Notes: generated by a model from the letters alone, not told the origin. DNA of 64,000 bases from an uncultured Planctomycetaceae bacterium (GCA_963813715.1 CAWFAK010000017.1:800001-864000); one strand, 5' to 3'; numbered from the stretch's first letter, positions 46,068 to 57,673 are shown. Numbers and translations are program-made.

Positions 46068-47043
46068 GGAACACCTCCGCCGGGCCGGCGTACGGCGCAT
46101 CCGTGAATGGTGCGCTGGGGCTCGAACCGCCACGCAGACGGCGGATCAATTCCTGTTCCGGATCCGGTCCGCGAACGTCGGGCGACTCCGAGGCAACGAC
46201 GGGCTCGGAAGCCCGCGGTGGATTGCGATGTGGCGGACTGCAATGGGCCGGGCTGCCAGGCGATGGACTGCGACGCGGCGGCTCGGCATGCCGTACCTTC
46301 GCGGTGGGAGCCGCCTGTCCCTTGATTAAGTTGAAGAATGAGGAGCCAAGCCCCTGGCCATTCCGGGTCGGTCGACACATCCCGGCCACGAGGTCGACTT
46401 CGACGGGATCGCTCAGCTCGCCGATCCCCTGCAGCCCGGCCGGCGATGAGCCGACGACCAGGATCCGCGAGCCGATCCGGAGCAACAGAATCGACTGTCG
46501 TTGATCGAGATACCGCCGTCCGAGCACCTCCAGGACCTCGTTTGGCAGGGATTGGTTGAACAGCGGCGCGTGACGGCGAAAGAGGCGGGCGAGGACAAGG
46601 ATCAGTCCGATCACGACGATCAACGCGCCGACGGCCGACAGGGCGCCGGACATCGAGGATTTTGGAGCGGAAGAGCTCGGCGTCAACGACGCCGAAGTCT
46701 GAGGCTGCCGCGCGCGTTCCTCGTTGTGCTTCTGCGCGAGCTCCTTCCAGGTCTTGTGGTGGGACGTGGGCGTCGCTTCCGCAGCAGTCCCAGGTGTGGA
46801 AGGTGGCGCGGCAGACGTCGCGGCGGGCGGCGAATCGGGTTCGGGAGCCGGCCGCGAAACCGAATGTCGGGTTTCCGGACGCGGATTGACGATCGGTGCA
46901 TCCGCGAAGGGATCGCTGGAGCCTGACTGCGCGACAGCCGAGCTCGCAACAGAGACGACGGCGGCCACTGCCCCGAGCAGCCGCAGCAGTCGACTACAGT
47001 GCCGGTGCGACAATTTCGGCCACCCGCACGCAGAAGTTGTCAT
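46060..47043 (-). CDS. fliO: Flagellar protein FliO (start uncertain)
   Basis: TM helix, then [28 protein letters not shown]; lies between fliN and fliP. Confidence 0.85.
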
Positions 47044-47581
47044 TCAACACCAAAACCTCGCCCCGCGCGACCAGTCGGCCATTCACCAGAATGTCGACCG
47101 GATCGCCGGCCAGTTTGTCCAGCGGCACGACCGATCCGGACTTCAATTGCAGAACTTCCTCGATCAACAGTTCGGTGCGCCCGAGTTCGATCCGCAAGTC
47201 GAGTTCGACGTCCTGCAGAGCGTGGAGACCCACACCATCGCCTGCCCCCGCCGCCCCGTGATCGAAGGGCCGAAATTCGTAGGCCGCTGGAGAACCCAGC
47301 TCGGCCGGAATCCCGCTGCGCCCCGGCAACGTGGGCGAAACCGCAGCCGCCAGCCCTGCCTGCACTTGTTCGAGTAGCCGTTCGGTCGGCGATTTCTCTT
47401 TCTCGCTCGCAGACGCCTGGCCCGGGCGGCCGGCCGGTCGTCCGACGGGGCTGCCCGGAAGCGGACCGGCATCGTCGGCAGTAGCCTGACGCAGGGGCGC
47501 CGAGCTTCCGCCGGAGGGGCCGGACCCGGCAGCCTTCAGCAGTGCTTCAATTTCTTCGGGTTTGAGAAGATCGTCCGCCAT
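46994..47581 (-). CDS. fliN: Flagellar motor switch protein FliN
   Basis: [13 protein letters not shown]...[20 protein letters not shown]. Confidence 0.93.
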   Translation of the reverse strand: MADDLLKPEEIEALLKAAGSGPSGGSSAPLRQATADDAGPLPGSPVGRPAGRPGQASASEKEKSPTERLLEQVQAGLAAAVSPTLPGRSGIPAELGSPAAYEFRPFDHGAAGAGDGVGLHALQDVELDLRIELGRTELLIEEVLQLKSGSVVPLDKLAGDPVDILVNGRLVARGEVLVLNDNFCVRVAEIVAPAL

Positions 47582-47591
47582 GACGCTCCCA

Positions 47592-48155
47592 TCATTGCTG
47601 CATGACCCGAATTTCGCTGACGATGACTTCCTGGATGTAGGGCTCGGGCATCACGTTGTTCAACTGGCTCTTCATCTCACGCTTCATCAGCTCCAGCTGC
47701 GGGTCGCGCAGGTCCTTGATGCTCGACATCCGCACCACCTTGACGACGGCCTGCCGCAGCCGCGCCTTGAAGCGCTCGCTGGCGTCGGCAAAGTGCCCCT
47801 GGACGTCCGTGCCGACGGTGGCAAACAGCTTGAAGCTGACGTTCCACATCTGGGCATCGTCAGGCTCAACTGAAACACTGAAGCTGCCGACCTCGACTTC
47901 GACGACGTTTTCGGACTTCGACGAATGCGATTCTTCTGCATGGGCCGCCCCGCCCTCCCCGGATTGCTCCGTGGGAGCGGCGGCGTGTCCCTTGGGCAAC
48001 AGGAGCGCGGCTCCGACGGCCGGCAGGACCATCACGCCGGCAATAATCGCGATCAGCTTGACGCGTTTTCCGCCCAGCAGCGATTTCTTCGCCGCCGCTG
48101 GGGCAGGCGCCGCCTCGGCTGCCGCTGGTGCGGGGGTAGCCGGTGCTTGTGTCAT
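47592..48155 (-). CDS. fliL: Flagellar basal body protein FliL
   Basis: Single TM helix plus a FliL-like domain; first gene of the fli cluster. Confidence 0.75.
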   Translation of the reverse strand: MTQAPATPAPAAAEAAPAPAAAKKSLLGGKRVKLIAIIAGVMVLPAVGAALLLPKGHAAAPTEQSGEGGAAHAEESHSSKSENVVEVEVGSFSVSVEPDDAQMWNVSFKLFATVGTDVQGHFADASERFKARLRQAVVKVVRMSSIKDLRDPQLELMKREMKSQLNNVMPEPYIQEVIVSEIRVMQQ

Positions 48156-48255
48156 GGCGAACCGTCACTCTTTGCGGTCCCACGGAGAGCGATCGGGTGT
48201 CGCGGTGCTCGGCCCGCGGCAAGAGCAGGAGCCGGATCGGTCCGTTGGGCGGCGG

Positions 48256-48284
48256 AATATAGGACCGAATCCGAAATAGGTCAA
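48256..48284 (-). promoter_or_regulatory. Sigma70-type promoter of the fliL operon
   Basis: TTGACC-17-TATATT. Confidence 0.65.
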
Positions 48285-48462
48285 CACGTTCTGATAAGCG
48301 GGGAAAACCCGAGCGGCTCGGCAAGCCGATGCATTATGGAGGCCAAACGCCACCAAATACGTGCCGTTCCGACACGCAATCCGTACAATAAACGGCAGAG
48401 CACCGCCGGGCGGAAAGTGGCGGCGCTCGGTTGCCAGTCTCAAACGAAGGAGAGCCAGCTCC

Positions 48463-49768
48463 ATGCAGCGCTTTAGGCAAATTCCTTTGCGGACCAGCGT
48501 TCAATCGTCCGAAACCGTTCGCGTTGTCCGTTGGGCCGGCTTGCCGACGTTGGGCCGCGGACGCCGGGCATCGAGCTGGCTTGGGCCGCTGGAACTGTGC
48601 TGCCTGATACTGGTATACGGGAGTCTTGGCTTTTCGGGCTGCGCGGCACCCTTCGATCGACGACCAGGTGCAGGCCGCAGACGACAAACGGCCAGCGGGC
48701 GAAAAGCGTCACCAGGAGAAACACCAGATGGTTCAAGTCCGTGTCTTCGATCGCAATGGAAAACTCGTCGGTCCCATCGAAACTCCTCACTTGGATTTGA
48801 GCACGGCCGAATGGGAACGGCGGTTGACCAAAGACCAGTTCCATATTCTGCGCGCCCAGGGAACCGAACGGGCTTTCTGCGGCACGCTGTTGGATAACCA
48901 CAAAGAGGGCGTTTATGCCTGTGCCGGCTGTGGATTGCCCCTCTTCGCGTCCGATGCGAAGTTCAATTCGGGGACCGGCTGGCCCAGCTTTTTCCAGCCG
49001 ATCGCTCGGGAAAACGTGATCGAGCATCAGGACCAGTCGCACGGGATGACGCGGTCGGAGATCCTGTGCGCCCGTTGCGGCGGCCACTTGGGACACGTCT
49101 TCGACGACGGTCCGCGCCCCACGGGACTGCGGTTCTGCCTCAATTCCGAATCGCTGAAGTTCGTTGATAAAGACAAGCTGGCCACGCTGGCCGACCCGGC
49201 CGCGGAGGCCGTGACCAAAGACCACAAGGCGACGGCCGTCTTTGCCGGCGGTTGCTTCTGGTGCACCGAGGCTGCCTTCGAGCAGCTGAAAGGCGTGTCC
49301 GACGTCGAGAGCGGCTATGCCGGCGGCGCGAAGGAGACGGCGAACTACGAGCAGGTGTCCAACGGCGACACCGGTCACGCCGAATCGATTCGCGTCACCT
49401 ACGATCCGCGGCAGATCACTTACGATCAACTGCTCGACGCCTTCTTCAATTCCCACGACCCGACTCAAATGAACCGCCAGGGGAACGACGTCGGCAACCA
49501 GTACCGCTCGGCAATCTTCTACGCGAACGAGAACGAGGAACGAGCCGCGCGGGCGAAGATCAAGCACTTGACCGACACGAAGGCGTTTCCGGATCCGATC
49601 GTCACCTCGCTCGAACCGCTCAAGACCTTCTATGCGGCCGAGACCTATCACCAGGACTACGCAAAAAAACATCCGAAGCAGCCCTACATCGCCTCGCATG
49701 CCCTGCCCTTGGCGGAAAAGGTCCGCGAGAAGATGCCCAACTTGGTCAAGCCGGAAGACGGCAAGTAG
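48463..49768 (+). CDS. msrAB: MsrB-MsrA fusion (methionine sulfoxide reductase), probable lipoprotein; frameshift near 48650
   Basis: [25 protein letters not shown] (MsrB); [19 protein letters not shown] (MsrA); upstream frame ends LGFSGC. Confidence 0.92.
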
Positions 49769-50831
49769 CCGGCGGGCGCGGCGAAGAAGGCGATCAAGGT
49801 GCTGCGTGCGCGTCCTCTGCGCGCTCGGGGGGGGCGATCGGTCTCGGTGGCGTCTAGCGCCATCGAAGAGCCCGCGCTCACCAACGTTTTGCATCTGCGA
49901 GCGCAAGTCGGTAACTCGACCTTGGTTGAACGTTTCGCTTTGGACCACTCAGCCACGCACACTGTTCCCAAGCCGACCGCTCCGCCGTCGGATCCGGAAC
50001 GACAGCCGAGCTGTCGGCTTGGGAAAGGTGGATGTACACAGCTCGTCGAGAATTCCCCCAAACTGATCTTGGCCGAATCGAGACTTTGTGGCTGAATGAA
50101 AGAGGCGGTTGCGCGCGAGCGCCTCCGTGCGCCGGTGGACGTCCGTGTGCGTCCTGGCGAACGACCTGACCGGGGGCGGCGCGGTGGGACCGGTTTCGAC
50201 TCACGAGTGCTCGCAGCAATCGAGGGCAACGAATTCGTGGTCGTCTCCCAGATCAAGCCGCCCGTGCGAACGGAAAAACAACAGCGAACAAAAGTTAGGT
50301 CTCGCCGGCTGGTCAGATCGCAGCCCCGCCGTTCTTCGTTCGTCACGGTGGGTCCAGTTGTCCCGGCGGGTCAACCTGAAGTGGACCCGGCGTGACGGGA
50401 CCCTCACTTTTAATATAAGGGGGGCGCGGAAAAGTGGTCCCACCGCGCGACGACCGGGGTTGGGAAAATTGGTGGTCATTCGTGGTGTGCCGGCGGCCCG
50501 CGAGCGGGCCTGGTCACTTCGAAGTTCCTGCTTCGATTCCCTCCGCGCGAGATCCACTCAAGATGACCGGTCGTCACGACCGTCCGAGAATTCGATGCGA
50601 TCAAAGAGCTCTCGCTCACCCCCTTCTGGCGAACCTGTCGACCTGTCTTCCGCACCAAATGGTTTCCGCGAGACGCGCCTTTCCCAGCAAACCCGCTTCC
50701 CTCGGCGGAAATCGGCTAATTTTGTTGTGGTTTGGCCCGCGGCTTTCAGTGAGTCCGGTCGAGCCGGTAATCGGTCCGTAACGTCGGACCGCCGCAACTG
50801 ACCAGTCTCCCCACCAGTCGAGGACGCCGAT

Positions 50832-51062
50832 ATGCCCAGCAGCGAGCCAACACCCTGTTCCAAGTGCGGTTCAACCAACCGAAGTTATGGCACTTTGAAG
50901 GGCCTTTCCGAGGTCAAGTTTTACACCGGTGTGACCCTGATGGACGCCGTCATCGGCGGCGATACCGTGATCGCGCTGGCCTGCCTGAAGTGCGGCGACA
51001 TCGAACTCGTGCTGGAAAAGGTGCCGCGCGAGTACGCGGAGCGAATGGAGGGGAAGGCCTAA
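50832..51062 (+). CDS. Small zinc-ribbon protein
   Basis: CSKC...CLKC; GAGG ribosome binding site. Confidence 0.7.
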   Translation: MPSSEPTPCSKCGSTNRSYGTLKGLSEVKFYTGVTLMDAVIGGDTVIALACLKCGDIELVLEKVPREYAERMEGKA

Positions 51063-51106
51063 CGCGTCGTCTCGCTCCGTCTCTCTCTTCGTCTGGAATC
51101 CGCTCG

Positions 51107-51721
51107 ATGGAACGTCCCGCAGCGCCAGCGAAGTCATTAGTCGCTCGCACGGCCGCGACCATGCAGGTGTACCGCTGGCCGATTGCGGTCAGCGCGCTCA
51201 TCCTGATCGTCCATCCGATTGTCCTGCGGCTCGAGGGACGCCGCTGGTGGTGCGCCTGCGGCCGGCCGTTTCTTTGGTCGGGGAACGTCCACAGCAGTCA
51301 CAACTCGCAGCACCTGGCCGATCCGTACAGCTTCTCACACGTCGAGCACGGGATTTTGTTCTACGGACTGTTCACGTGGCTCTGGCCACGGATGTCGGTC
51401 GGCTGGCGCTTCGTGCTAACGTTGGCGGTCGAAGCCGGCTGGGAGATCCTCGAGAACACGAATTCCGTCATCGATCGCTACCGCGCGGCAACGATTTCGC
51501 TCGACTATTTCGGCGACAGCATCGGCAATTCGATCGGCGACGTGCTTTCTTGCCTGATCGGATTCTATCTCGCGAGGCGAATCGGCTTCTGGCCCTCGTT
51601 TGCGGTTGTCGTCGTGACCGAGCTCGTCATGCTGTTTTGGATTCGCGACAACCTGCTGCTCAATATCGTGATGCTGCTGCACCCGTTCGACGCGGTGAAG
51701 CAATGGCAGAGCGGCGCCTAA
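51107..51721 (+). CDS. DUF2585 (UPF0314) family membrane protein
   Basis: WCACG, SSHNSQHLADPYSFSH..HG, WEILEN, YFGDSIGNS, IRDNL. Confidence 0.88.
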   Translation: MERPAAPAKSLVARTAATMQVYRWPIAVSALILIVHPIVLRLEGRRWWCACGRPFLWSGNVHSSHNSQHLADPYSFSHVEHGILFYGLFTWLWPRMSVGWRFVLTLAVEAGWEILENTNSVIDRYRAATISLDYFGDSIGNSIGDVLSCLIGFYLARRIGFWPSFAVVVVTELVMLFWIRDNLLLNIVMLLHPFDAVKQWQSGA

Positions 51722-51740
51722 GTGGATGAGTTCACGGCGA

Positions 51741-53024
51741 TTAATATTTCACGAGCGTGAGCCACGCCACGCCGAGTGACGTCGTCAAGATGGTGAGCGG
51801 CACGCCCACCTTCAGATACTCGCGGAAGCGGATTTCGATCCCGCGCCGCCGGGCGCTTTCGACAACGATCAAATTGGCCACCGATCCGAGAATCGTCAGG
51901 TTGCCGGCAAACGTGCTCGACATCGCCAGGGCCAGCCAGGCACTTTCCCGAGTGGCGGCAGGCACGCTCTGTACGACCGGTTCGAGCAGGAGGACGGCGG
52001 GGACGTTGCTCACGAGGTTGGACAGCCCCAACGTAACGAGGCTCAGCACGTCGACCGGCCGCGTCAACAGCCAGGTCCAGCTTTTGACGTTCCAGCCCTC
52101 GACGACGTGCACCTGGAATGCGTGCACAACGATAAAGAGCCCGGTGAACATCACCAGCAGGCTCCAATCGACCTCGCGATACATCTTCTCCGGCTTGATC
52201 CGTTCGAGCAGCACAACCGCCGCCGCTCCCAGTGCGACCAGTTCGAGCGGGAGCCCAGCGAAAAACAGCACGACGGCTCCCAGCGTCACCACGATCGACT
52301 TGATCTGCAGCGTCAACAGTCGTGAATGGCGGGAGATTCGGCCGCCGGAGTCGGCGTCAGGCTGCCGAGAATCTGGCGTGACGGCGTCGCGATTCTGGAC
52401 CGGGGCAAGCTTGTGGCGATAGACGAGCCAAACCACTAAGTAATTGATGGCCAGTCCCAGAAAAGCAATCGGCAAGAGCCGCGCGGCGAAACGCAGGTAC
52501 GAAATCCCCGAGTGAACACCGATGTAAATATTCTGGGGGTTGCCCGTGATGGTGCCGGTCGAGCCGACGTTGGCGGCCGTCGCCAGGCCGATCAGGTGCG
52601 GCATCGGATCGACTTTCATGCGCCGTGCGAGGTGCAGCACGAGCGGCGTCAGCGCGATACACACGACATCGTTGATCAAGAATGCCGACAGCACGCCTGA
52701 CAGGCCGATCGTCACGGCTAACAAAGCCCGCGGAGAAGCGAGGGAGCCGGCGGCAAGGTCGGTCAGCCGTTGGAAGACGCCGGAGAGCCGCAGCGACCCG
52801 ACGACGATCATCATCCCCAAGAGCAGGAAGAGCGTCTTGAAGTCGATCGACTCGGAGCTGGTCGCGTCCGCTAGCGAGAGGATCCCCGTGATCAGGATGA
52901 GCACAGCCCCAACGAACGCGATGCCGGCCCGATCGATCCGCAGGCCGGGAATTTTCCCCAGCGCCAGGCCGCAATACGTGAGGGCAAAGATGACCCACGT
53001 CAGCCAATAGACTCTGTCGCTCAC
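51741..53024 (-). CDS. Anion transporter, ArsB/NhaD (CitMHS-like) family
   Basis: SAFLIND, GNPQN, NLVSNVPA, GSVANLIV. Confidence 0.9.
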   Translation of the reverse strand: MSDRVYWLTWVIFALTYCGLALGKIPGLRIDRAGIAFVGAVLILITGILSLADATSSESIDFKTLFLLLGMMIVVGSLRLSGVFQRLTDLAAGSLASPRALLAVTIGLSGVLSAFLINDVVCIALTPLVLHLARRMKVDPMPHLIGLATAANVGSTGTITGNPQNIYIGVHSGISYLRFAARLLPIAFLGLAINYLVVWLVYRHKLAPVQNRDAVTPDSRQPDADSGGRISRHSRLLTLQIKSIVVTLGAVVLFFAGLPLELVALGAAAVVLLERIKPEKMYREVDWSLLVMFTGLFIVVHAFQVHVVEGWNVKSWTWLLTRPVDVLSLVTLGLSNLVSNVPAVLLLEPVVQSVPAATRESAWLALAMSSTFAGNLTILGSVANLIVVESARRRGIEIRFREYLKVGVPLTILTTSLGVAWLTLVKY

Positions 53025-54376
53025 CCTGCAATTCCTGGCTCGAGGACGTGGCCCGTCTTCCGTCCGCGTGGCTCGTCGCTGCCGCCTTTTGTTTCCGGCA
53101 TCATCGTCAGGAAGACTGTGGCGGCCAGCGCGGCGATTCCGGCGAAAACTAAGAAGAAGCCGTTATACCCCAAGTGCTCCGCCAGAAAACCGGCCCCCAG
53201 CGGCCCAATCACGCCGCCGACCGCCAGGGCCGTCGCGATCAGGCCGGAGAGGGCATTAAAGCCGCCCTTCCCTTTCGTCAAATCCGCGCAGATGGCCACG
53301 ATCACCACACCGTAGATGCCCGCCCCGATCCCGTCAAAGGCCTGCAGCGCGACCAGCACCCAAGGATTGCTCGTCAGCGTATAGAGCAAAATGCGGATCG
53401 GTAGCGCCAGGAAGCCGATCGCAAACACGGGCTTGCGGCCCCAACGGTCGCAGAGGAAACCGGCGGCGACGGCGATCGGAATCATCACGGCCTGCGCGAC
53501 CAGCACGACGGCAGCCACCTGCACGTGGCTGCCCCCGAGCTGCTTGATGTAGGCTCCCAGAAAGGGCATCACCGGGGCATTGGCAAGGTGGAACAGAGCG
53601 GTCGCCGCCAAGAGCACGATCACCCGCCGATCGTGCAGCAATTGCCGCAGTCCCCCACGGCCGTCTTTCGCGTCGCCGGCTCCCGTCGCTCGCTTTTCGT
53701 CAATCTCTTTCTCGCGGATCACGAAGACCGAAGCCGCCGCCAAAATCGAAACGGCCGTCACCGCGAAAAAGACGGACGTCAGGCCGAGGGCACCCACGAG
53801 CACCATCGCCAATACGGCGGACGCCAGATTTCCCGCATGATTCCAGCCTTGGTTGTGTCCCATCACGCGACTGAGCGCCGCGTGTCCCACGAGCCCCAAC
53901 GCCAGTGCCCCCAAGAGCGGAGCGAAGAACGCCTGGGAGACGCCAGCGATAAACAGCAGCGGATCGAGCGCGAAGGACGAAGCCGGCACGAGCGGCAATA
54001 GGCCGTACGCAAGTCCCAGGATCAGCGAAGCCCCGGCCAACAGCGTTCGCCGCTGGCAGACTCGGTCGGTGATCATCCCGGCGGGAGTCTGCATCAAGAA
54101 CACACCCAACCCCGCGCAAGAGATAGCCAGCCCAATCGCCACCTCCGACCACTTCTGCTCTTTCAAGTAATCGCCCAGGAAGGGCATGACGACGCCCGTC
54201 ACCTCGGCGAGGAAGAAGTTGGCCGCATTGAGGCCGATGACACTCTGCCGAGAAACCGGGGGCACGGCGGCTTCGGCACGCTCCGATTTCGCTCCGTCCG
54301 CTTCAAAGTCCAAAGGCGCCGCCAGAGCTGTATTCACGGGGGCTCCCTGCCCACTCGGTGGGCGATTCGTTCCCAC
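53021..54376 (-). CDS. MFS transporter
   Basis: ~12 TM helices; DRWGRK motif. Confidence 0.9.
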   Translation of the reverse strand: MGTNRPPSGQGAPVNTALAAPLDFEADGAKSERAEAAVPPVSRQSVIGLNAANFFLAEVTGVVMPFLGDYLKEQKWSEVAIGLAISCAGLGVFLMQTPAGMITDRVCQRRTLLAGASLILGLAYGLLPLVPASSFALDPLLFIAGVSQAFFAPLLGALALGLVGHAALSRVMGHNQGWNHAGNLASAVLAMVLVGALGLTSVFFAVTAVSILAAASVFVIREKEIDEKRATGAGDAKDGRGGLRQLLHDRRVIVLLAATALFHLANAPVMPFLGAYIKQLGGSHVQVAAVVLVAQAVMIPIAVAAGFLCDRWGRKPVFAIGFLALPIRILLYTLTSNPWVLVALQAFDGIGAGIYGVVIVAICADLTKGKGGFNALSGLIATALAVGGVIGPLGAGFLAEHLGYNGFFLVFAGIAALAATVFLTMMPETKGGSDEPRGRKTGHVLEPGIAG

Positions 54377-54504
54377 TCGACGTCGCCCGCGGTGCCGACT
54401 TCAACAAAACACGCATTTCAAGGGTCGCGGTCCGAGCATCGAGATGATGCGCGGGAACAATGCAAAGGGCATACCGGGAGGCGCGGCTCCACCGATTGGA
54501 GCGA

Positions 54505-54600
54505 TGGCGCGGCGTCCGGCTGTTCGCCGGTCCGCATGAAGCCGTGCCCGGCTCCGCGATAAATCACGGAATCGAACTTCTTGCCCGCGGTCCGCGACTC
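54505..54600 (-). pseudogene. Partial duplicate of the dienelactone hydrolase C-terminus
   Basis: AGKKFDSVIYRGAGHGFMRTGEQP versus AGKTYEPVTYRGAGHGFMRTGEQP. Confidence 0.75.
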
Positions 54601-54642
54601 GCGGATCAGTGACCGATCCATCCGCTTCGACACAACCGCGTG

Positions 54643-55470
54643 CTACCGCTTCGAGCCCGCCCCTGCGGGAACGCTCTTCGCGCGTCTCGAGAGGGGTTGT
54701 GCCAGAGTCGACGCCAACTCCATCTCCCAGAGCTGAGGGAGAACCTTCTTGAGCTCCTTGGCATTCCGCGCGTCGACCTTGTTTCGTTGCGACCACCGGA
54801 TCATGCGCCCGGCATAGTCCTGGTATGGCAGTAGTATCCCTTCCTGCCAGGCGGACGCGAGATAGAGCTGATATCGGCTTTCGCAGACGATGGGGAGTTC
54901 GACGACCCGGCACAGCGGGAGGCTCAGCACGTCGCACATCCCCTCAGCCCACATCGCGCCGCCTTGGCGCAGTGGCTTGGCCGCGAGAAAAGCATGCGGG
55001 ATCTGGATCGTGAGGCACTCTTCCGGCTCTTGTCTGCGCTTGCGGTAACTCCAAGGGATATTGATGAACGGCCAGCTCTCATTGGGAAACCCATTCTTCC
55101 AGCCGTTTTCAAACGACCAGACCGGATCGCAATCCCGCCCCCCTTCGTCGCTCGGATGGCGAAATCCAATCACAACTCGTTGGCCGAAGGTTTTGACCGG
55201 GTTAATCCCCGTCATTTCTCGCAGCCGATTCCAGGCAGTCTGAATTTGCTTGACGACGACCCGCGCTCGCTGGAACTCCGCGCGAGGAAAGACGAACACC
55301 AGGTCGTCAGTCCGCACGACTCCGTCGCATTTGCTGTATCGGATATGCCAGCAGGAGTCTTCTCTGTCCTCCGCGGTTCGCTGATAGGCCGCGAAGTTAA
55401 GTTCGTCGGCTTGGACCGCGGTCGTAGCAATCACACAAACCGCCAAAGCTGGGAGCGCAGCGATTCGCAC
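54643..55470 (-). CDS. Secreted hypothetical protein
   Basis: Signal peptide ending VQA; possible degenerate gluzincin-like segment. Confidence 0.7.
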   Translation of the reverse strand: MRIAALPALAVCVIATTAVQADELNFAAYQRTAEDREDSCWHIRYSKCDGVVRTDDLVFVFPRAEFQRARVVVKQIQTAWNRLREMTGINPVKTFGQRVVIGFRHPSDEGGRDCDPVWSFENGWKNGFPNESWPFINIPWSYRKRRQEPEECLTIQIPHAFLAAKPLRQGGAMWAEGMCDVLSLPLCRVVELPIVCESRYQLYLASAWQEGILLPYQDYAGRMIRWSQRNKVDARNAKELKKVLPQLWEMELASTLAQPLSRRAKSVPAGAGSKR

Positions 55471-55536
55471 GGACGGAGCCTCGGTTTGTCAGTGCCGGTG
55501 CCGGTGCCCAGCGCGGCGAGCCCCGGACTATCTCGC

Positions 55537-56304
55537 TTAAACCTTTGAAAGGATCTGTTTCACGCGCTGCCAGGCCTCGGTGCGCGCTTTCGCGTTGTCT
55601 GGGATCGCACCCGGCTGCTCACCGGTCCGCATGAACCCGTGGCCCGCCCCGCGATAAGTCACGGGCTCGTACGTCTTGCCCGCGTCCGCGGCGAAGCGTT
55701 TGGTGGCATCGACCGTGACCGTGATCCGCATGTCCTTCTCGCCATAAAATCCGTAGACCGGGCAATGCAGGTCCGAGATCTGCGGCTGCTGCGGCGGACG
55801 ACCGTAGAAGACGAAGGCCGCCGCAAGATCCTTGCGATGAGCGGCGTAGGAAAAGGCCATGCCGCCGCCCCAACAGAAACCCGCGACGACCACCTTGCCG
55901 TTGGCAGCGGGGAGACGCTTGGCGTAGTCGAAGGCGGCGTCGAGATCGGTCATCACCTGCTTTTCGGGCAGGCTCGAAATCTGGCGGAGAGGCTCGCCGC
56001 CCTTCGGGTGGCCGGACAGAAAGTCGGGTGCGATGGCGATGTAGCCGGCGGCGGCGAATTCATCAACGGCCAGCTTGGCCCAGTCGGTCAGGCCGAAGAT
56101 CTCGTAGACCACGAGCACGGTCGTCGCCTTGTGAGCAACCTCGGGATAGGCCACGAAGGCTTCCACATTGCGCGATCCCGAGCGGATGTTGACGTATTCG
56201 CCGTGCCGGGACGATTTGGCGAGTTTCTCCTTGGCCCAATCCTGGGCGACCGCGCTCGACACGGTCAACCCGCACACTGCCGCCAACACAAGTGCTCGAC
56301 GCAT
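55537..56304 (-). CDS. Dienelactone hydrolase family protein, secreted
   Basis: EIFGL, GFCWGG nucleophile motif, D.RI, GAGHGF. Confidence 0.92.
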   Translation of the reverse strand: MRRALVLAAVCGLTVSSAVAQDWAKEKLAKSSRHGEYVNIRSGSRNVEAFVAYPEVAHKATTVLVVYEIFGLTDWAKLAVDEFAAAGYIAIAPDFLSGHPKGGEPLRQISSLPEKQVMTDLDAAFDYAKRLPAANGKVVVAGFCWGGGMAFSYAAHRKDLAAAFVFYGRPPQQPQISDLHCPVYGFYGEKDMRITVTVDATKRFAADAGKTYEPVTYRGAGHGFMRTGEQPGAIPDNAKARTEAWQRVKQILSKV

Positions 56305-56581
56305 CGAATTCTCCCTAAGGTGTCCCACTGCGTTCCGACTTCCGGTAGGCCAATCCACGGTGCGGCCGAAAGAATCAGTATGCTTTGCCTCTCGCAGGGA
56401 GGCAACCGGGAACACTAGACAAGCGCACGGGCCTCGCCGAGGGAGTTCCGCTCATCGCCGGGTGCTCGCGCCGTCGATTTCGACCCGCGCCGAACATCGG
56501 TTACAATGCGAGCCCTCTCGCGGGCGAGGCTTCTCGCTAAACGACTTTCCGATCGCGCTTCTCGAGATCGTGCCGTTACCG

Positions 56582-57673
56582 ATGCCCACTGCCCTCTTGA
56601 CTGGTTTTCCCGGCTTCCTCGCGTCGGCGTTCCTGCCCGATTTCCTTTCGCGCACCGACGCCCAGACCCGCGTCACCTGCCTCGTGCAATCGCATTTTCG
56701 CGCGATGGCTGAAGACCGGGCCCGCCGGATCGCTGACCGGCATCCGGAATGGAAGGACCGCATTCAAATCGTCGAGGGCGATATCACGCAACCGCAACTC
56801 GCCCTCAAGGACGGCATCAAGGAGCTGCAGGCCGAGACGCACGAGGTCTATCACTTCGCCGCCATCTACGACCTGGCAGTGCCTCGACCGCTCGGCATGC
56901 GGATCAACGTCGATGGGACGCGGCACGTGCTGGATTTCATCGCCGGCTGCCCCGCCTTCGATCGCCTGCACTATGTCAGCACGTGTTACGTTAGCGGTCG
57001 GCACCCAGGCGCGTTTACGGAGCGCGATCTGTCTGTCTGCCAGCGGTTCAACAACTACTACGAAGAAACAAAGTACTTGGCCGAGGTCGATGTCCAGGAG
57101 CGGATGAAGCACGGGCTGAGCACGACGATCTACCGCCCCTCGATCGTCGTCGGCGACAGCAAAACCGGCGAAACGCAAAAGTACGATGGCCCGTATGGTG
57201 CGCTTCGCTACCTCGTCAGCTGGAAAAAGACGGCCCCGATGTCGACCGTGGGCAATCCCAAGAAGTTCCACGTCAATTTTACCCCGCGCGATTTTGTGGT
57301 CGCCGCGCTGTGCCGGCTGAGTGCCCTTCCCCAGTCGCGAGGCAAGGTCTACCAGCTCTGTGATCCGGAGCCGCCGACGGTGGCCGAGATTTATGAGATC
57401 TTCTCGCAAGCCACCGGCCGCCGCGTGTTGCAGATTCCAACCTGGGCCCCCTTGATGAAGGGGCTGTTGCGGATCCCGGGAGCTGCGAAGGCCACGCATA
57501 TCACGCCCGAGTCGATCGACTATTTCACGCATCCGACCGCGTACACGTGCGAAAACACGCTGGCCGATCTCGCCGGCACCGGCCTGAGCTGCCCGCGTTT
57601 CCGCGATTACGCGCCGATGCTCGTCCGCTTTATGCAGGAACATCCGGAAGTCAGCGACAAAGCCATGCATTGA
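56582..57673 (+). CDS. Extended SDR / fatty-acyl-reductase-like (NAD_binding_4) oxidoreductase
   Basis: [29 protein letters not shown]. Confidence 0.9.
   Translation: MPTALLTGFPGFLASAFLPDFLSRTDAQTRVTCLVQSHFRAMAEDRARRIADRHPEWKDRIQIVEGDITQPQLALKDGIKELQAETHEVYHFAAIYDLAVPRPLGMRINVDGTRHVLDFIAGCPAFDRLHYVSTCYVSGRHPGAFTERDLSVCQRFNNYYEETKYLAEVDVQERMKHGLSTTIYRPSIVVGDSKTGETQKYDGPYGALRYLVSWKKTAPMSTVGNPKKFHVNFTPRDFVVAALCRLSALPQSRGKVYQLCDPEPPTVAEIYEIFSQATGRRVLQIPTWAPLMKGLLRIPGAAKATHITPESIDYFTHPTAYTCENTLADLAGTGLSCPRFRDYAPMLVRFMQEHPEVSDKAMH

Noticed and set aside
48160..48330. Sigma28 promoter for the flagellar operon
   Set aside because: No TAAA-N15-GCCGATAA match seen; a sigma70-type match fits better.
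48160..48440. c-di-GMP riboswitch upstream of fliL (GGGACCGCAAAG; hairpin at ~48390-48435)
   Set aside because: The GEMM P2 GAAA tetraloop and receptor architecture is not present. An Infernal search with the Rfam c-di-GMP-I model would settle it.
48473..49948. Long antisense or alternate-frame ORFs (for example 491 aa here, 58347-59849, 3627-4886)
   Set aside because: They are shadows of real genes in high-GC DNA and carry no motifs.
49799..50801. Short overlapping ORFs between msrAB and the zinc-ribbon gene
   Set aside because: Arg/Ser-rich, with no motif or convincing start.
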